This document shows, piece by piece, positions 1 to 10,327 of a DNA stretch of 64,000 nucleotides. The notes beneath the pieces were generated by a model, which did not search any database, was not told where the DNA came from, and saw only the letters and a program-made list of their open reading frames with translations. The stretch is from the NCBI GenBank assembly GCA_965116925.1, contig OZ220744.1, forward strand, positions 4,544,001 to 4,608,000, in the 5' to 3' direction. How positions within the stretch are numbered: the first letter of the stretch is position 1; each line of letters opens with the position of its first letter. The position numbers were made by a program, and so were the translations under genes. The stretch is from Candidatus Poribacteria bacterium. Lineage in GTDB: Bacteria; Poribacteria; WGA-4E; PCPOR2b.

Positions 1-146
1 TATGAATCCCTCTTCAATTTAAGTGAGGAATTCAAAAAATGTTAAAAACTGACAAGGGTATTGATACTCCGGCCTGGGTGCAGTGAGTTAGTAAGAAGGA
101 ACCACTAAACTGTAAATGAGAATTAGACAAAAAGGGAAGAGGTGAA

Positions 147-935
147 ATGTCTAACTACGAAACGCTTGGATGGAACTTGAGCGATGGGGTTGCTACAATC
201 ACGTTCAATCGGCCTCGGGCGGGAAACGCGTTAACAATGCAGATGGGACAGGAACTGATGGAGGCCTCAATCCGTTGCGATGACGATCCTGAGGTGCGAG
301 TGGTGGTGCTAACGGGTGCAGGACGGATGTTCTGTGTCGGGGCAGACCTAAAGCACTTTCCGTCAGCCGGACCGAAAATGGCAACTGAAATTAAGGTGCT
401 CACGACTTGGTTACACGCAGCTATCTCGCGCTTCGCACGGATGGACGCGCCACTAATTTGTGCCGTCAATGGGACAGCAGCCGGGGCAGGGATGAGTTTA
501 GCACTAATCGGGGATATGGCACTAGCAGCGGAATCCGCACAGTTTACGATGGCTTACTCACGGATCGCGCTAACACCGGACTGCTCCGCGACCTACTATC
601 TGCCACGGCTCGTGGGGTTCCGCCGGGCGTTTGAACTGTACTTGACTAGCCAGAGACTCTCAGCATCAGAAGCGGAAACGTGGGGGTTGGTCAACCGGGT
701 AGTGAAGGATGATGCGCTGGCAGCGGAAACACAGGTGCTCGCAGCACAACTAGCAGCAGGCCCAACACAGGCGATCGGTGCGACCAAACGGCTATTCCAT
801 AGTGCATGGACAGAATCACTAGAATCACAAATGGAGCAGGAGACACGGACAATCACAAACGCCGCTCGGTGTCCTGAAGCAGCGGAAGGCTTAAAGGCCT
901 TCTTCGAGAAGCGGAAACCCAACTTCTGTGGTTGA
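147..935 (+). CDS. Enoyl-CoA hydratase/isomerase (crotonase) family protein
   Basis: ATITFNRP, FCVGADL, ICAVNGTAAGAG and C-terminal FFEKRKPNF motifs; purine-rich RBS upstream. Confidence 0.92.
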   Translation: MSNYETLGWNLSDGVATITFNRPRAGNALTMQMGQELMEASIRCDDDPEVRVVVLTGAGRMFCVGADLKHFPSAGPKMATEIKVLTTWLHAAISRFARMDAPLICAVNGTAAGAGMSLALIGDMALAAESAQFTMAYSRIALTPDCSATYYLPRLVGFRRAFELYLTSQRLSASEAETWGLVNRVVKDDALAAETQVLAAQLAAGPTQAIGATKRLFHSAWTESLESQMEQETRTITNAARCPEAAEGLKAFFEKRKPNFCG

Positions 936-1023
936 ATATGGATATGTTAACATTAACCTTATCTGATAGGTAATGGCCACAAATGGTTTCATTCCTTAAA
1001 ACCTGTTAATAAAGAGAGAAGAA

Positions 1024-2007
1024 TTGATGAACAACAATAGACCGACGCGCATCGCCGATGTGATCGGTGGGCACATTCATCCAGCGATCTGTGTCACGCA
1101 GAGTGGGTCACTACTTGCTGTCTATAATAAAGAGGGCGGTGGTGGGAAGGAACTGCTGTTAAGCCGATCCAACGATGGCGGCATGGCGTGGAGTCCTTCC
1201 ACTCCCATTCCTACCATCCGTAACTGTTCAATCTATCCCGGCTCGTTGACAACCTTGAGCGATGGACGAATTTTGCTCAATTGGTCCTGCTATCATAAAG
1301 CGGGAGAAAGGTTGTGGCGGGAACCGCAATTTTCGATCAGTTCCGACGAGGGCGAAACGTGGTCAGAATCGCGGGATTACCCCATCACTGACCATACCAA
1401 CTATACTTGTATGCGCCATGCACCGGTCGAATGGTCAACCGATGCGTGGGTGTGTCCGTTCTATGACCGTACCGTGCTTTACGATATGGGGACGAATCAG
1501 ATTCGGACTTTTGGCGATGGACGCAACCACGGCATGGTGCCGATTGTGCGTACCCCCACAGGAACGCTAATTAGCGGTGCCCCGCAGACGGTTGCGCCCG
1601 TGCCGGTAGGGGTGCCGGGGAACATGGTCAGAGGGCTTCGTTCAACGAATGACGGTAACACATGGCACGCGTTAAATGCCTTTCCGCACTTTGGGGTTGC
1701 TGGATATGACCTAACTATATTGACAAACGGTTGGATTGCCTTAACCTACATTGTCTACGGCGTTGGCGTGGATGGGGAGTTTAGCTACGAACTGATTGTA
1801 TCGCGTGATGATGGGGCAACGTGGGATATTGAGGGCGCAATTGAAGTTCACAATCCGGGCAGGCGCATCATGGGGCGAGGCTGGCCCCGCACGGTGCAGA
1901 TTGATGCTGAGACCCTTGGCACCCTCTTTTATGATCTCAATCAGGATCAGCCCGGTGGACCGGGGGTGTTCTTTGTTCGGATACCACTGACGCGCCTGGG
2001 CGGTTGA
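1024..2007 (+). CDS. BNR/Asp-box repeat (sialidase-like beta-propeller) protein
   Basis: Four Asp boxes: SNDGGMAW, SSDEGETW, STNDGNTW, SRDDGATW. Confidence 0.8.
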   Translation: MMNNNRPTRIADVIGGHIHPAICVTQSGSLLAVYNKEGGGGKELLLSRSNDGGMAWSPSTPIPTIRNCSIYPGSLTTLSDGRILLNWSCYHKAGERLWREPQFSISSDEGETWSESRDYPITDHTNYTCMRHAPVEWSTDAWVCPFYDRTVLYDMGTNQIRTFGDGRNHGMVPIVRTPTGTLISGAPQTVAPVPVGVPGNMVRGLRSTNDGNTWHALNAFPHFGVAGYDLTILTNGWIALTYIVYGVGVDGEFSYELIVSRDDGATWDIEGAIEVHNPGRRIMGRGWPRTVQIDAETLGTLFYDLNQDQPGGPGVFFVRIPLTRLGG

Positions 2008-2038
2008 GGTAAGATACCCGAACCAAGAAAGGTTTTTC

Positions 2039-3493
2039 ATGTCTTCCAAGCATTCTTGGAAACGGTTCATCTTCATCTTAGTCGACGGTTCACCCTACCA
2101 GGTCTTTAACGATTTAGTCCAAGATGGCACTCTCCCAAACATCAAGAAATATGTGATAGACCGAGGTTCCTTCAAAAAAGCCGTTACCGCGTTTCCATCA
2201 ACAACAGGTCCGGCCTTCATCCCATTTTTTACGGGACAGTTTCCGGGTCCTGCGAATATCCCCGGTATCCGTTGGCTATCCAAAAAGCAGTTCCAAAACC
2301 CGCACCGATTCCGCAGCCCCGGAATATGCAGTTACATGGGGAGGGAAGCACTCTTTTTTTCAGCACACCTGCCGGACAGTCCAACCTTGTTCGACTTCTT
2401 CTCACCTGTGAATAATATCTATAATATTTTGACACGCGGCTGCCCACCATCGAGTAACTCAACTCGTTGGATAAAGCCGCTGGTATACACCTATGCCCAC
2501 TTCTCTAAGCGGTGGCAGTTTGCGAATATCATCGCCTCCCGGAAGTTACTGAAAGCTGTTAAAGGAGGCACTGAGTTTGTGATGTGCCTCTTTCCCGCTG
2601 TGGACACATTTTCACATCTGTCACATACGCGAGCACCCAATGTCATTGATGCCTATCGAGAGGTGGACCGAGCTGTTGGCGCGGTTTGCCAAATCTTGCA
2701 AGCGTCAAATGAATTTGATAATACCCTGATTATGATAACAAGTGATCACGGGATGAGCAACACCCACACGCATATTGACCTCCCACGTCACTTGGATAAT
2801 TTGGGTTGGCGTTGTCTCCACTATCCACTACTCTGGAGACAGCGAACCCAATCCGCCAGCATGGTTTCAGGGAACGGGATGACACATCTCTATTTTAGGG
2901 AGGGAGCGAGTGGGAACGGGAGATCCACCTCCAAGCCACAGAACGGTTGGGGTGAGCGTCTTTCTTTTGAACGATTGAGTCGGATGGGGGCCGTCCAACC
3001 ACTGTTAGAAATTGAAGGATTGGCTTTCGTTGCGGGGCAAAGCGATGATGGATCCATCATTGTACAAAACAGGAGCGGAGTCGGGAAAATCACCTGCGAA
3101 GCCGAAACTTTTTCGTATCAGTTTCAGGGGGACGATCCGTTGGGATACGGAATCCCCTATCAGAACCTGTCTTTCCGCGATGCGCTCATTCAAACCTATG
3201 AATCTGAGTACCCTGATGGACTGGTTCAACTCTGGCAAATTTTTCAAGGGGACCGAACGGGCGATCTAGTGCTGAGTGCCGACCCCGGATACGACTTGCG
3301 CGCCCGCTATGAATATCCTGAGCATCACGCGACTCACGGAGCCCTCAATGCAGAACAGATGTTCGTACCGCTCGCGATCAATCTTCCCATCGAAACAGAG
3401 TTTATCCGGACTGCTGATCTATTCCCGACCGTTTTAAGCCAGTTCGGACGTACTGTGGATCCGAGTCAAATTGATGGACAAATCCTTTGCTAA
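2039..3493 (+). CDS. Alkaline phosphatase superfamily / type I phosphodiesterase-nucleotide pyrophosphatase
   Basis: ILVDG, FPSTTGP (Thr nucleophile), DTFSH, TSDHG and HG metal-binding motifs. Confidence 0.85.
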   Translation: MSSKHSWKRFIFILVDGSPYQVFNDLVQDGTLPNIKKYVIDRGSFKKAVTAFPSTTGPAFIPFFTGQFPGPANIPGIRWLSKKQFQNPHRFRSPGICSYMGREALFFSAHLPDSPTLFDFFSPVNNIYNILTRGCPPSSNSTRWIKPLVYTYAHFSKRWQFANIIASRKLLKAVKGGTEFVMCLFPAVDTFSHLSHTRAPNVIDAYREVDRAVGAVCQILQASNEFDNTLIMITSDHGMSNTHTHIDLPRHLDNLGWRCLHYPLLWRQRTQSASMVSGNGMTHLYFREGASGNGRSTSKPQNGWGERLSFERLSRMGAVQPLLEIEGLAFVAGQSDDGSIIVQNRSGVGKITCEAETFSYQFQGDDPLGYGIPYQNLSFRDALIQTYESEYPDGLVQLWQIFQGDRTGDLVLSADPGYDLRARYEYPEHHATHGALNAEQMFVPLAINLPIETEFIRTADLFPTVLSQFGRTVDPSQIDGQILC

Positions 3494-4512
3494 ATCAACT
3501 CCTCGTTGTACGCGAACAGTGCCGGTGTGCCGCCGGTATGCAGAAAAATTACCGTCTCATCGGAGGAGATTCGCCCCTTTCGGATGTGATCAACCAAGCC
3601 GGCGAACCCCTTACTTGTGTAGGAGGGGTCGAGGAAGATTCCCTCTGTTTGCGCCACTAGTTTCAGGGCGTCAACACATTCGGGCGTGAGGATACCGTAA
3701 TCTTCTCCCACATAATCATCGGTGTTACGTACATCGTCATCGTTAATAACGATATCAATCCCCAAGATTTCTGCTGCATCGTTTGCAGCATTTCGGATGC
3801 GCTCTGCTCTATCCGCCCAGCCGATTGGCGCGATTCCAAAGGGTTTCAGGTTCATGCCCAGTGCTTTCGTTCCGAGGATCAATCCGCCTTGTGTTCCGCC
3901 CGCTGAAGCCGCGTAAATCCAATCGGCATCAATCCCCATCGCCCCCTGCTGTTCGTGGATTTCGGCAATACACCACGAAAAGGCAACGGCGGCGAGAGCT
4001 GTTGATCTGGGGGCAGCTAGGACGTGAGGTTTAAGACCCTTTTCCTTCAATTCTTCGGCGAGAGCATATTTAACAGCGTCAAGTTCGGCCCCCATAGATG
4101 CGTCAACAAATTCAACGTCTGCGCCAGCCAAATCGTCTAGCAGTACATTCCCCTGCCTGACGCTTTTATTGTCCCGAGAGAGCCGAAGATAACACTTCAA
4201 CCCCAATTTTGCCGAAGCGGCGGCAGCTTGCCGACAATGGTTTGATTGCGAGGCAGCACCTTGAATGATTGTGTCCGCTCCCTGATTGACTCCATCGCCG
4301 ATTGTAAAGGTTAATTGGCGCACCTTGTTCCCGCCGAACGCAAGTCCTGAACAGTCCTCACGTTTGATGAGGATGCGGGGACCGCCCAACGCTTGTGATA
4401 AGCGCGGACACTCTTCCAAAGGTGTTGGAAAATGTCCGAGATCGACCTGTGGGAGTTGGTTTATTTTTTTACAAAGTTGCTCTCTGGTAATGACAGCGTT
4501 TGACAAACTCAT
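3490..4512 (-). CDS. D-cysteine desulfhydrase / ACC deaminase family PLP enzyme
   Basis: FPTPLE, IKREDCSGLAFGGNKVR (PLP lysine), QSNHCR, EGIFLDPSYTSK, FLHTGGTPALF. Confidence 0.9.
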   Translation of the reverse strand: MSLSNAVITREQLCKKINQLPQVDLGHFPTPLEECPRLSQALGGPRILIKREDCSGLAFGGNKVRQLTFTIGDGVNQGADTIIQGAASQSNHCRQAAAASAKLGLKCYLRLSRDNKSVRQGNVLLDDLAGADVEFVDASMGAELDAVKYALAEELKEKGLKPHVLAAPRSTALAAVAFSWCIAEIHEQQGAMGIDADWIYAASAGGTQGGLILGTKALGMNLKPFGIAPIGWADRAERIRNAANDAAEILGIDIVINDDDVRNTDDYVGEDYGILTPECVDALKLVAQTEGIFLDPSYTSKGFAGLVDHIRKGRISSDETVIFLHTGGTPALFAYNEELI

Positions 4513-4904
4513 GATTTTTCCTCTTCAACCAACAATTCTTTTAATAAATTGGTCAATTCTTCGTTTCCTGATGTTAGCTCAAATACGCGTTTTATTTTAT
4601 CTTCGCGGTCAGTCTTGGACAGTCCACCCTCTGGCTCCCAGATGACCTCCAGTTGTCTAGGGTTGAGGCGGTCATAGTTGACTTTGACGATAGTGAGAGG
4701 GTAATTATCCGGCACCAGTATAATCCAGTCGACGGTTTCGCCTCGATCCGAATATTGACGGTCCGTTGTCAGCCGTCGATCGTTATGGGGGACCTCCCGC
4801 TTAATCCACTGTTTGCGCCCGAACGAATCTGTTTCATAATGTCCCACTTCCAGCCAACTGCGCCCTGCACCGTTGGGTTTGGTTGTAACATTAATCTGTG
4901 GCAC
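4509..4904 (-). CDS. Hypothetical protein (~131 aa)
   Basis: Stop overlaps the next start (ATGA); likely GTG start at 4904 after AAGGGGAGG; no motif recognised. Confidence 0.65.
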   Translation of the reverse strand: MPQINVTTKPNGAGRSWLEVGHYETDSFGRKQWIKREVPHNDRRLTTDRQYSDRGETVDWIILVPDNYPLTIVKVNYDRLNPRQLEVIWEPEGGLSKTDREDKIKRVFELTSGNEELTNLLKELLVEEEKS

Positions 4905-4924
4905 CGCTGTCCTCCCCTTCCTAT

Positions 4925-5938
4925 TCAATTCCGTTTGATTTGAACTGAGGCACTCTGTCCGTGGCTATCGGCAATCGCTTGACAGATCCGCATCACTTCG
5001 CAAGCATCAGCAAGGCTTGCCCGGGGTTGTCTGCCAGAGAGGATTGACTGGGCAAAATGCTCCATCTGTTCAAGATAGCCGTGGCGTCCGTAGCCACGAT
5101 AATGTGTGCCTTGATTCCATTCTAAGGTCGGAAAATCCCGATAGCCGCCGACTCCCCGCCACGCATCTGGCTTGAGATATTGAACGCGCTGCATGTTGTG
5201 GACATTGACCGCATGTCCACCGTCGCCAGCGACCATCACCGACGTTTCTAGTGCTGGTGCTCCCGCAACCATGTTTAGCGTACCGACTGCACCATTGTCA
5301 AACTGTAGAGAGACAGCAAACGCCATTCTACCACCTTCACCGAAATGCTCAAAAGCGCGGAGTCTTGTGACATCGCCCACCAGATATCTCATGCAATCCA
5401 CAATATGAACCCCTTGATCCAGCAGGTATGCCCACTCTAGCGCTTCATGGGCACCTCTTGGGCTCGGTGCTAGGTATCGCCCTTCAAATAGGATAGGTTC
5501 TCCAAATTCTGCTTGCGTGATAATTCGCCTTGCCATCCGGTGTGCAGGTGCATGGCGCCACATCGTCGCGACCATGCCAAATTTTCCCGTTCTCGCAGAG
5601 GTTTCGGAAAGCCGTTCGGCATCTTCCACATTGATTGCAGGTGGCTTTTCGATGAAGACGTGCTTTCCGAGTTCCATACAAGCGATCGCCATATCGGTGT
5701 GCATGGTCTTGGGGTGCCCAACAATCGCAACAACATCCAGTTCTTCTGTCTCAATCATCTCCCGATAATCTGTATACCACTGTTTGGCACCAAAGCGTAT
5801 GGCGTTGCTCTCAGCTTTCGCGGCTGATATATCGCACGTTGCAACAAAGTCAATTTCGGGGACCAACCGAACACACGGTTGCAGATTCCGGGTGGCATGC
5901 GACCCACAACCGATAAAACCCAATTTAATCTGTGCCAT
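4925..5938 (-). CDS. Gfo/Idh/MocA family oxidoreductase
   Basis: LGFIGCGSHA Rossmann motif, GKHVFIEKP, DQGVH; start moved to MAQIK at 5938. Confidence 0.9.
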   Translation of the reverse strand: MAQIKLGFIGCGSHATRNLQPCVRLVPEIDFVATCDISAAKAESNAIRFGAKQWYTDYREMIETEELDVVAIVGHPKTMHTDMAIACMELGKHVFIEKPPAINVEDAERLSETSARTGKFGMVATMWRHAPAHRMARRIITQAEFGEPILFEGRYLAPSPRGAHEALEWAYLLDQGVHIVDCMRYLVGDVTRLRAFEHFGEGGRMAFAVSLQFDNGAVGTLNMVAGAPALETSVMVAGDGGHAVNVHNMQRVQYLKPDAWRGVGGYRDFPTLEWNQGTHYRGYGRHGYLEQMEHFAQSILSGRQPRASLADACEVMRICQAIADSHGQSASVQIKRN

Positions 5939-5990
5939 GACAATCTCACCTATACCTTCAAACGCCTTTTTTGCCCTCCTTGGAGAGGTC

Positions 5991-6896
5991 TCATTCCACA
6001 GTATATGCCAACGCCATCTTCGCTCCATCGTTTACGGCGGATTTGGCCGCCGCCTCAATGAAGGCAACAATTTCTATGCTTTCAGAGATGTCAATCGGCG
6101 GCATTCCGGTCTCGAACATCTGGACAATCTGCTTGAGAAGTTCACGATAAATGTAACTTGCATTGATTGAGGTTCGCACAATGGATTTTTCACAATAGGC
6201 GGTGAAACCGTATCCTTGAGTTCCCTTCCGGATGCCGCGCATTGTGCCAACTCGTCCATCTTTCCAACGCCCGGTCACGACATCCACATCATCGTTCGAG
6301 ACCGACCAAACCGCTTCACACCCAGGTCCCATCAGCGCGTATAGCGTTTCCACGCCGTGGAGTCCGTAATGGAATAACCCCGGATTGCGTGGCTGGAGCG
6401 GTGCTGGCGAGCTAACTTCTACACCGAGAATCTTTCCCGTTTCTTCCTCTTTCCTCTTGATCTCGACAACTTCTAGACCGTAACGCAACGAGGAGGAGGT
6501 GAAGATTGGGACATTTTTTGATTGGGCGAGTGCTGCTAGGGCTTTCGCTTCCGATAGGTCACAGGTAAAGGGCTTATCCACAAATGCGGGCAATCCAGCT
6601 TCCAAGAACGGTGCTGTGCGTTTATAGTGGAAACTACCTTCGACCGACTCAATGAGCACGGCATCGATTTGTCCAATCATCTCCTCCGGTTTCTCCACCA
6701 ACGGCACGCCGTACTCCTGCATCTGTTTGGTATAGCCGGGGATGCGTTCAGGAGATAGTAGCGATTCCCCCGGACAACCGACCACAATTTTTGCCCCCTC
6801 TACCCACTGCTCCTCATCTACATCAATATGGTTGAGCCGCTTTGTAAATTCAACCACGTGGGATGTATCAAAATCAACAATTCCGAGCCGGATCAT
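5991..6896 (-). CDS. Gfo/Idh/MocA family oxidoreductase
   Basis: RLGIVDFDTSH, FVDKPF, SSSLRY, YGLHGVE. Confidence 0.88.
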   Translation of the reverse strand: MIRLGIVDFDTSHVVEFTKRLNHIDVDEEQWVEGAKIVVGCPGESLLSPERIPGYTKQMQEYGVPLVEKPEEMIGQIDAVLIESVEGSFHYKRTAPFLEAGLPAFVDKPFTCDLSEAKALAALAQSKNVPIFTSSSLRYGLEVVEIKRKEEETGKILGVEVSSPAPLQPRNPGLFHYGLHGVETLYALMGPGCEAVWSVSNDDVDVVTGRWKDGRVGTMRGIRKGTQGYGFTAYCEKSIVRTSINASYIYRELLKQIVQMFETGMPPIDISESIEIVAFIEAAAKSAVNDGAKMALAYTVE

Positions 6897-7082
6897 TCAT
6901 CCCTCCAAGCTATGTTACTAGTAGTCCTTTGGTTAATGAAATTAATTCTCTTGAGGAAGTTCTTACTGACAATCACAATACAGAATTTTCGCTGATTTCC
7001 CACTATTTTGTCAAGGTATTTTTCTCTATACATGGTACTAGGGCTATGATACAATGTCAGAAATCGGCTAGCATTTTTGAAT

Positions 7083-7992
7083 TATGGTAGATAATATAAA
7101 TAAGTGAACATTATTTAGAAATGTGTTACGATATAAGTATTATGAGATATTCACCCGATTTACGCAAACGCGTCCTTGATTTCATACAAGCCGGCGGCAG
7201 CAAAACAGAAGCCGCTAAACGGTTTAACGTCGGACGGACCACTATCTATAAGTGGCTAAACGCCCCGGATCCATTCGCTTATCAACGCCCCGGTCCCCGA
7301 GGGCCCCGGTCTATTGATTATGATGCGCTGAAACAACATGTTGCTGATTTTCCAGACCAGACCCTCAAAGAACGCGCCGTTCATTTTGGAGTGTCGACCT
7401 TCTGTATAGGGTATAGCCTCAAACGGCTAGGGTACACGCGAAAAAAAAAGACCCTCGGTTATAAGGAGCGGTGCGATGAAAAACGACACGCCTATCGTCA
7501 ACAACTCGAACAAGTCAAAATCGTTGGTAAATCCGTAGTTTATGCCGATGAGAGTGGCTTTCGAGACGACGGTTATAGACGGTATGGCTATGCGCCTTTA
7601 GGCACACCCGTGTTTGACCTTATATCCAGTCAACGCACTCGGACCACCACACTTATTGCCGCACGTTTTGAAGATACCTTCACTGCGGCACGGTTATTTG
7701 AAGGCAGTTGCAAAGCCAACGATTTCAATGATTGGTTAGCCGGGCAGTTATGTCCACGCTTGACTTCAAAACACGTCGTAATCCTTGATAATGCACGACT
7801 TCACAAAACGCCAAAGACCCGACAGTTAATAGAGGCTTCAGGGGCGAGTCTGATGTTTTTACCCCCTTATTCCCCGGATTACAATCCGATTGAACACGAT
7901 TTTGCTAATATAAAGCGAATCCAACAATATCAAACAGAAATGTCTATTGAGGATATTATTCAAATGTATCAGTAATTCTATCATCTACCATA
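7083..7992 (+). mobile_element. IS630-family insertion sequence, apparently intact
   Basis: TA|TGGTAGAT... at 7083 and ...ATCTACCA|TA ending at 7992 (imperfect terminal inverted repeats with TA duplication) flank a DDE transposase. Confidence 0.9.
7142..7975 (+). CDS. IS630-family DDE transposase
   Basis: N-terminal HTH (YSPDLRKRV...AAKRFNVGRTTIYKW), YADESGF, ILDNARLH, LPPYSPDYNPIE. Confidence 0.93.
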   Translation: MRYSPDLRKRVLDFIQAGGSKTEAAKRFNVGRTTIYKWLNAPDPFAYQRPGPRGPRSIDYDALKQHVADFPDQTLKERAVHFGVSTFCIGYSLKRLGYTRKKKTLGYKERCDEKRHAYRQQLEQVKIVGKSVVYADESGFRDDGYRRYGYAPLGTPVFDLISSQRTRTTTLIAARFEDTFTAARLFEGSCKANDFNDWLAGQLCPRLTSKHVVILDNARLHKTPKTRQLIEASGASLMFLPPYSPDYNPIEHDFANIKRIQQYQTEMSIEDIIQMYQ

Positions 7993-8022
7993 GTCGGTGT
8001 TGGAGTACATTATTTTTATTTT

Positions 8023-8154
8023 GGCTCATGTAAAAAGAAAGTGCAAAACACGAAGTGAAATCGTAGGGGCGGGGAAACCCCGCCCGCCGTAAGGGTTGGG
8101 TGACCCAACCCCTACGAATATTCGGCTTCTTTGCACTAAATCTTAACATGAGCG
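8023..8154. mobile_element. MITE family B copy 1 (GGCTCATG...CATGAGCG ends) carrying a GTAG REP doublet
   Basis: Inverted ends shared with 20370-20460 and 34364; TTTATTTT on both flanks (possible 8-bp TSD); internal GTAG-hairpin...hairpin-CTAC at 8063-8115. Confidence 0.7.
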
Positions 8155-8206
8155 TTTATTTTTTTTGTAAAATGATGTCCCGAACCTCTCGGCTTCCCAG
8201 TCTACT

Positions 8207-9022
8207 ATGAAATCGATATTGACGAAAAAGGTCATACGTTGGCGTAATTCCCGTCCCTCTCCGGCTGAGGACTCTCTCGTAGTTGAAGAGCCTCTCGAAA
8301 TTCGGGTGGGCGGACAGAGTCTGATAGTTGTGATGCGCACACCGGGACATGACTTTGATCTCGCCGCAGGATTTCTCTACACGGAGGGACTGATAAAATC
8401 GTCCGATGATATCGGGACAATCGCCTACTGTGAGGATGAGGATATCGAGGAGCCGGACCTGCAAAATATCATAAACGTTCACCTTACGAATGGGCAGGTT
8501 CTCGAAGAGCAGGAGGGGTGGCAACGGAACTTCCACGCGAACGCTAGTTGTGGGTTGTGCGGCAAAATGACTATCGAATCGGTTAAACAGGAGATTCCGC
8601 CAATAAAATCGGAGATTCAGATAGATCCAGCTGTTTTGTACCGGCTCAATGATACGCTGCGATCAGCACAATCGGTCTTTGAAGCAACGGGCGGATTGCA
8701 CGCCGCTGGGTTATTTGATGAACGGGGAGAGCTGCAAATTGTACGCGAGGATGTCGGGCGACACAATGCAGTGGATAAGGTGATTGGACATGCACTCTTG
8801 GTTGAAGAACTTCCATTAGATCAACACATTTTGATGGTGAGTGGACGAGCCAGTTTCGAGATTATCCAAAAAGCGTTATTCGCCCGAATACCAGTGATTG
8901 TAGCGGTTTCGGCGGCATCAAGCCTTGCCGCCGAAATGGCGCAAGAGGGTAAAATTACATTGATTGGGTTTATGCGTGGCAAAGGCATGACCGTCTACAG
9001 TTATCCGGACCGGATTCGGTAA
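8207..9022 (+). CDS. fdhD: Formate dehydrogenase accessory sulfurtransferase FdhD
   Basis: VVEEPLEI, MRTPG, SCGLCG, TGGLHAA, REDVGRHNAVDKVIG, SGRASFE. Confidence 0.95.
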   Translation: MKSILTKKVIRWRNSRPSPAEDSLVVEEPLEIRVGGQSLIVVMRTPGHDFDLAAGFLYTEGLIKSSDDIGTIAYCEDEDIEEPDLQNIINVHLTNGQVLEEQEGWQRNFHANASCGLCGKMTIESVKQEIPPIKSEIQIDPAVLYRLNDTLRSAQSVFEATGGLHAAGLFDERGELQIVREDVGRHNAVDKVIGHALLVEELPLDQHILMVSGRASFEIIQKALFARIPVIVAVSAASSLAAEMAQEGKITLIGFMRGKGMTVYSYPDRIR

Positions 9023-9107
9023 ATTGCAGCAGAATGGCAATAACGTTATAATCAGGTCTGGAACGTGTAAAAAACTCAACATATATGGTGAAGGAGGATT
9101 ATTCTAC

Positions 9108-9383
9108 ATGGAAGCGATTTTAGGCGCAGCCCAATCACTGGTGAATCTTTTGTTTTTAGTCGTTGTGCTGGGTACAGCAGGAATCTCGTGGTGGTTGTCC
9201 ACCAAATATCGTGAACGATACGCGGAATTTCCGTGGAATAAGGCGGCGATTATTCTCGGAATTGAAGTCCTAGCTTGGATTGCGTTCAACATCTTCTGGA
9301 GTTGGGTCACACATAATTGGTGGATTGCCATTGTTCTCATCGTTATTATTATTATCGTGTTAAAAAAGCGGAGACGCGAATAA
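9108..9383 (+). CDS. Small membrane protein (about 3 TM segments)
   Basis: AGGAGG RBS before ATG at 9108; hydrophobic segments and basic C-terminus. Confidence 0.7.
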   Translation: MEAILGAAQSLVNLLFLVVVLGTAGISWWLSTKYRERYAEFPWNKAAIILGIEVLAWIAFNIFWSWVTHNWWIAIVLIVIIIIVLKKRRRE

Positions 9384-9404
9384 AAAAGAAATGGAGTAAA
9401 TCTC

Positions 9405-10268
9405 ATGGGTAGAGTCAATCGTGCTATTGAACTTCTTGAGGGGAGACATACCCTCATTTACGGCGGCAGCGGAGATTTGTCATACGAGGGCGGTGTTAAC
9501 GCCTGTCATACGGATAACGATTTCCTCCTGCTCGAACAAGAGCATGTCGCACTGAACATACTGGGCGTGCGGGAATTCATGAGGGGATTGGCAGCAGCGG
9601 GACCCACAAAGAGTGGACATCCGACACCGACCGTGTTGGTCACACTGCCCGTGCAGGGCACCGACGAACACGTGATGCGGGCAAATGCTTGGATGGTAAC
9701 ACACTACCTTGACTGCGGTGTTCACGGCTTTGTGCTTTGTCACGCCGAGACTCCGGGAGCGGTGAAGGCACTGGTCGAATCCATGCGATTTCCCTTTAAT
9801 GACATTGGTGTAGGGGACGGGTTGGATGAGGGGCGCCGGGGTGCCGGCGGCGGTCCGGGGCATATCTGGGGAATGGATCACTCGGAATACCTGCGAAAGG
9901 CAGATGTCTGGCCTCTGAACCCGGAGGGCGAGTTAATCGTCGGGTTGAAAATCGAGAATCGCCGTGCCCTAGAGAATTGTGAAGCAACCTGTAAGGTGCC
10001 GGGTGTTACTTACACCGAGTGGGGTCCCGGTGACATGGGGTACTCGTTCGGCGATCCGGACGCACATGATCCTCCCTACAGCCCCGAAATGGCTGCGGCG
10101 CGTGCGCGAGTCAACGCTGCTCGAACAGCTGCAGGAATTGAGTTCTGTGATTCGATTAATGTTGATAACTATAAGGAGCAGATCGACAACGACATCTTGA
10201 TCTGCGGAGGCGGTCCCGAAATCGCAGCACTATGTCGCGAGTATACCAAGCGGACTATGCCGGCATAG
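9405..10268 (+). CDS. HpcH/HpaI aldolase / citrate lyase family protein
   Basis: EQEH, LDCGVHG, RRGAG, KIEN, EWGPGDMG motifs. Confidence 0.8.
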   Translation: MGRVNRAIELLEGRHTLIYGGSGDLSYEGGVNACHTDNDFLLLEQEHVALNILGVREFMRGLAAAGPTKSGHPTPTVLVTLPVQGTDEHVMRANAWMVTHYLDCGVHGFVLCHAETPGAVKALVESMRFPFNDIGVGDGLDEGRRGAGGGPGHIWGMDHSEYLRKADVWPLNPEGELIVGLKIENRRALENCEATCKVPGVTYTEWGPGDMGYSFGDPDAHDPPYSPEMAAARARVNAARTAAGIEFCDSINVDNYKEQIDNDILICGGGPEIAALCREYTKRTMPA

Positions 10269-10327
10269 TGTCCTTTTGTGAAAGATTGGTGGCTTGGTCT
10301 GATAAGGAAGGAATTTAATCTGAGGTT

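Noticed and set aside
7441..7449. Programmed frameshift at the A9 run in the IS630 transposase
   Set aside because: The ORF is already continuous through the run (YTRKKKTL), so no shift is needed.
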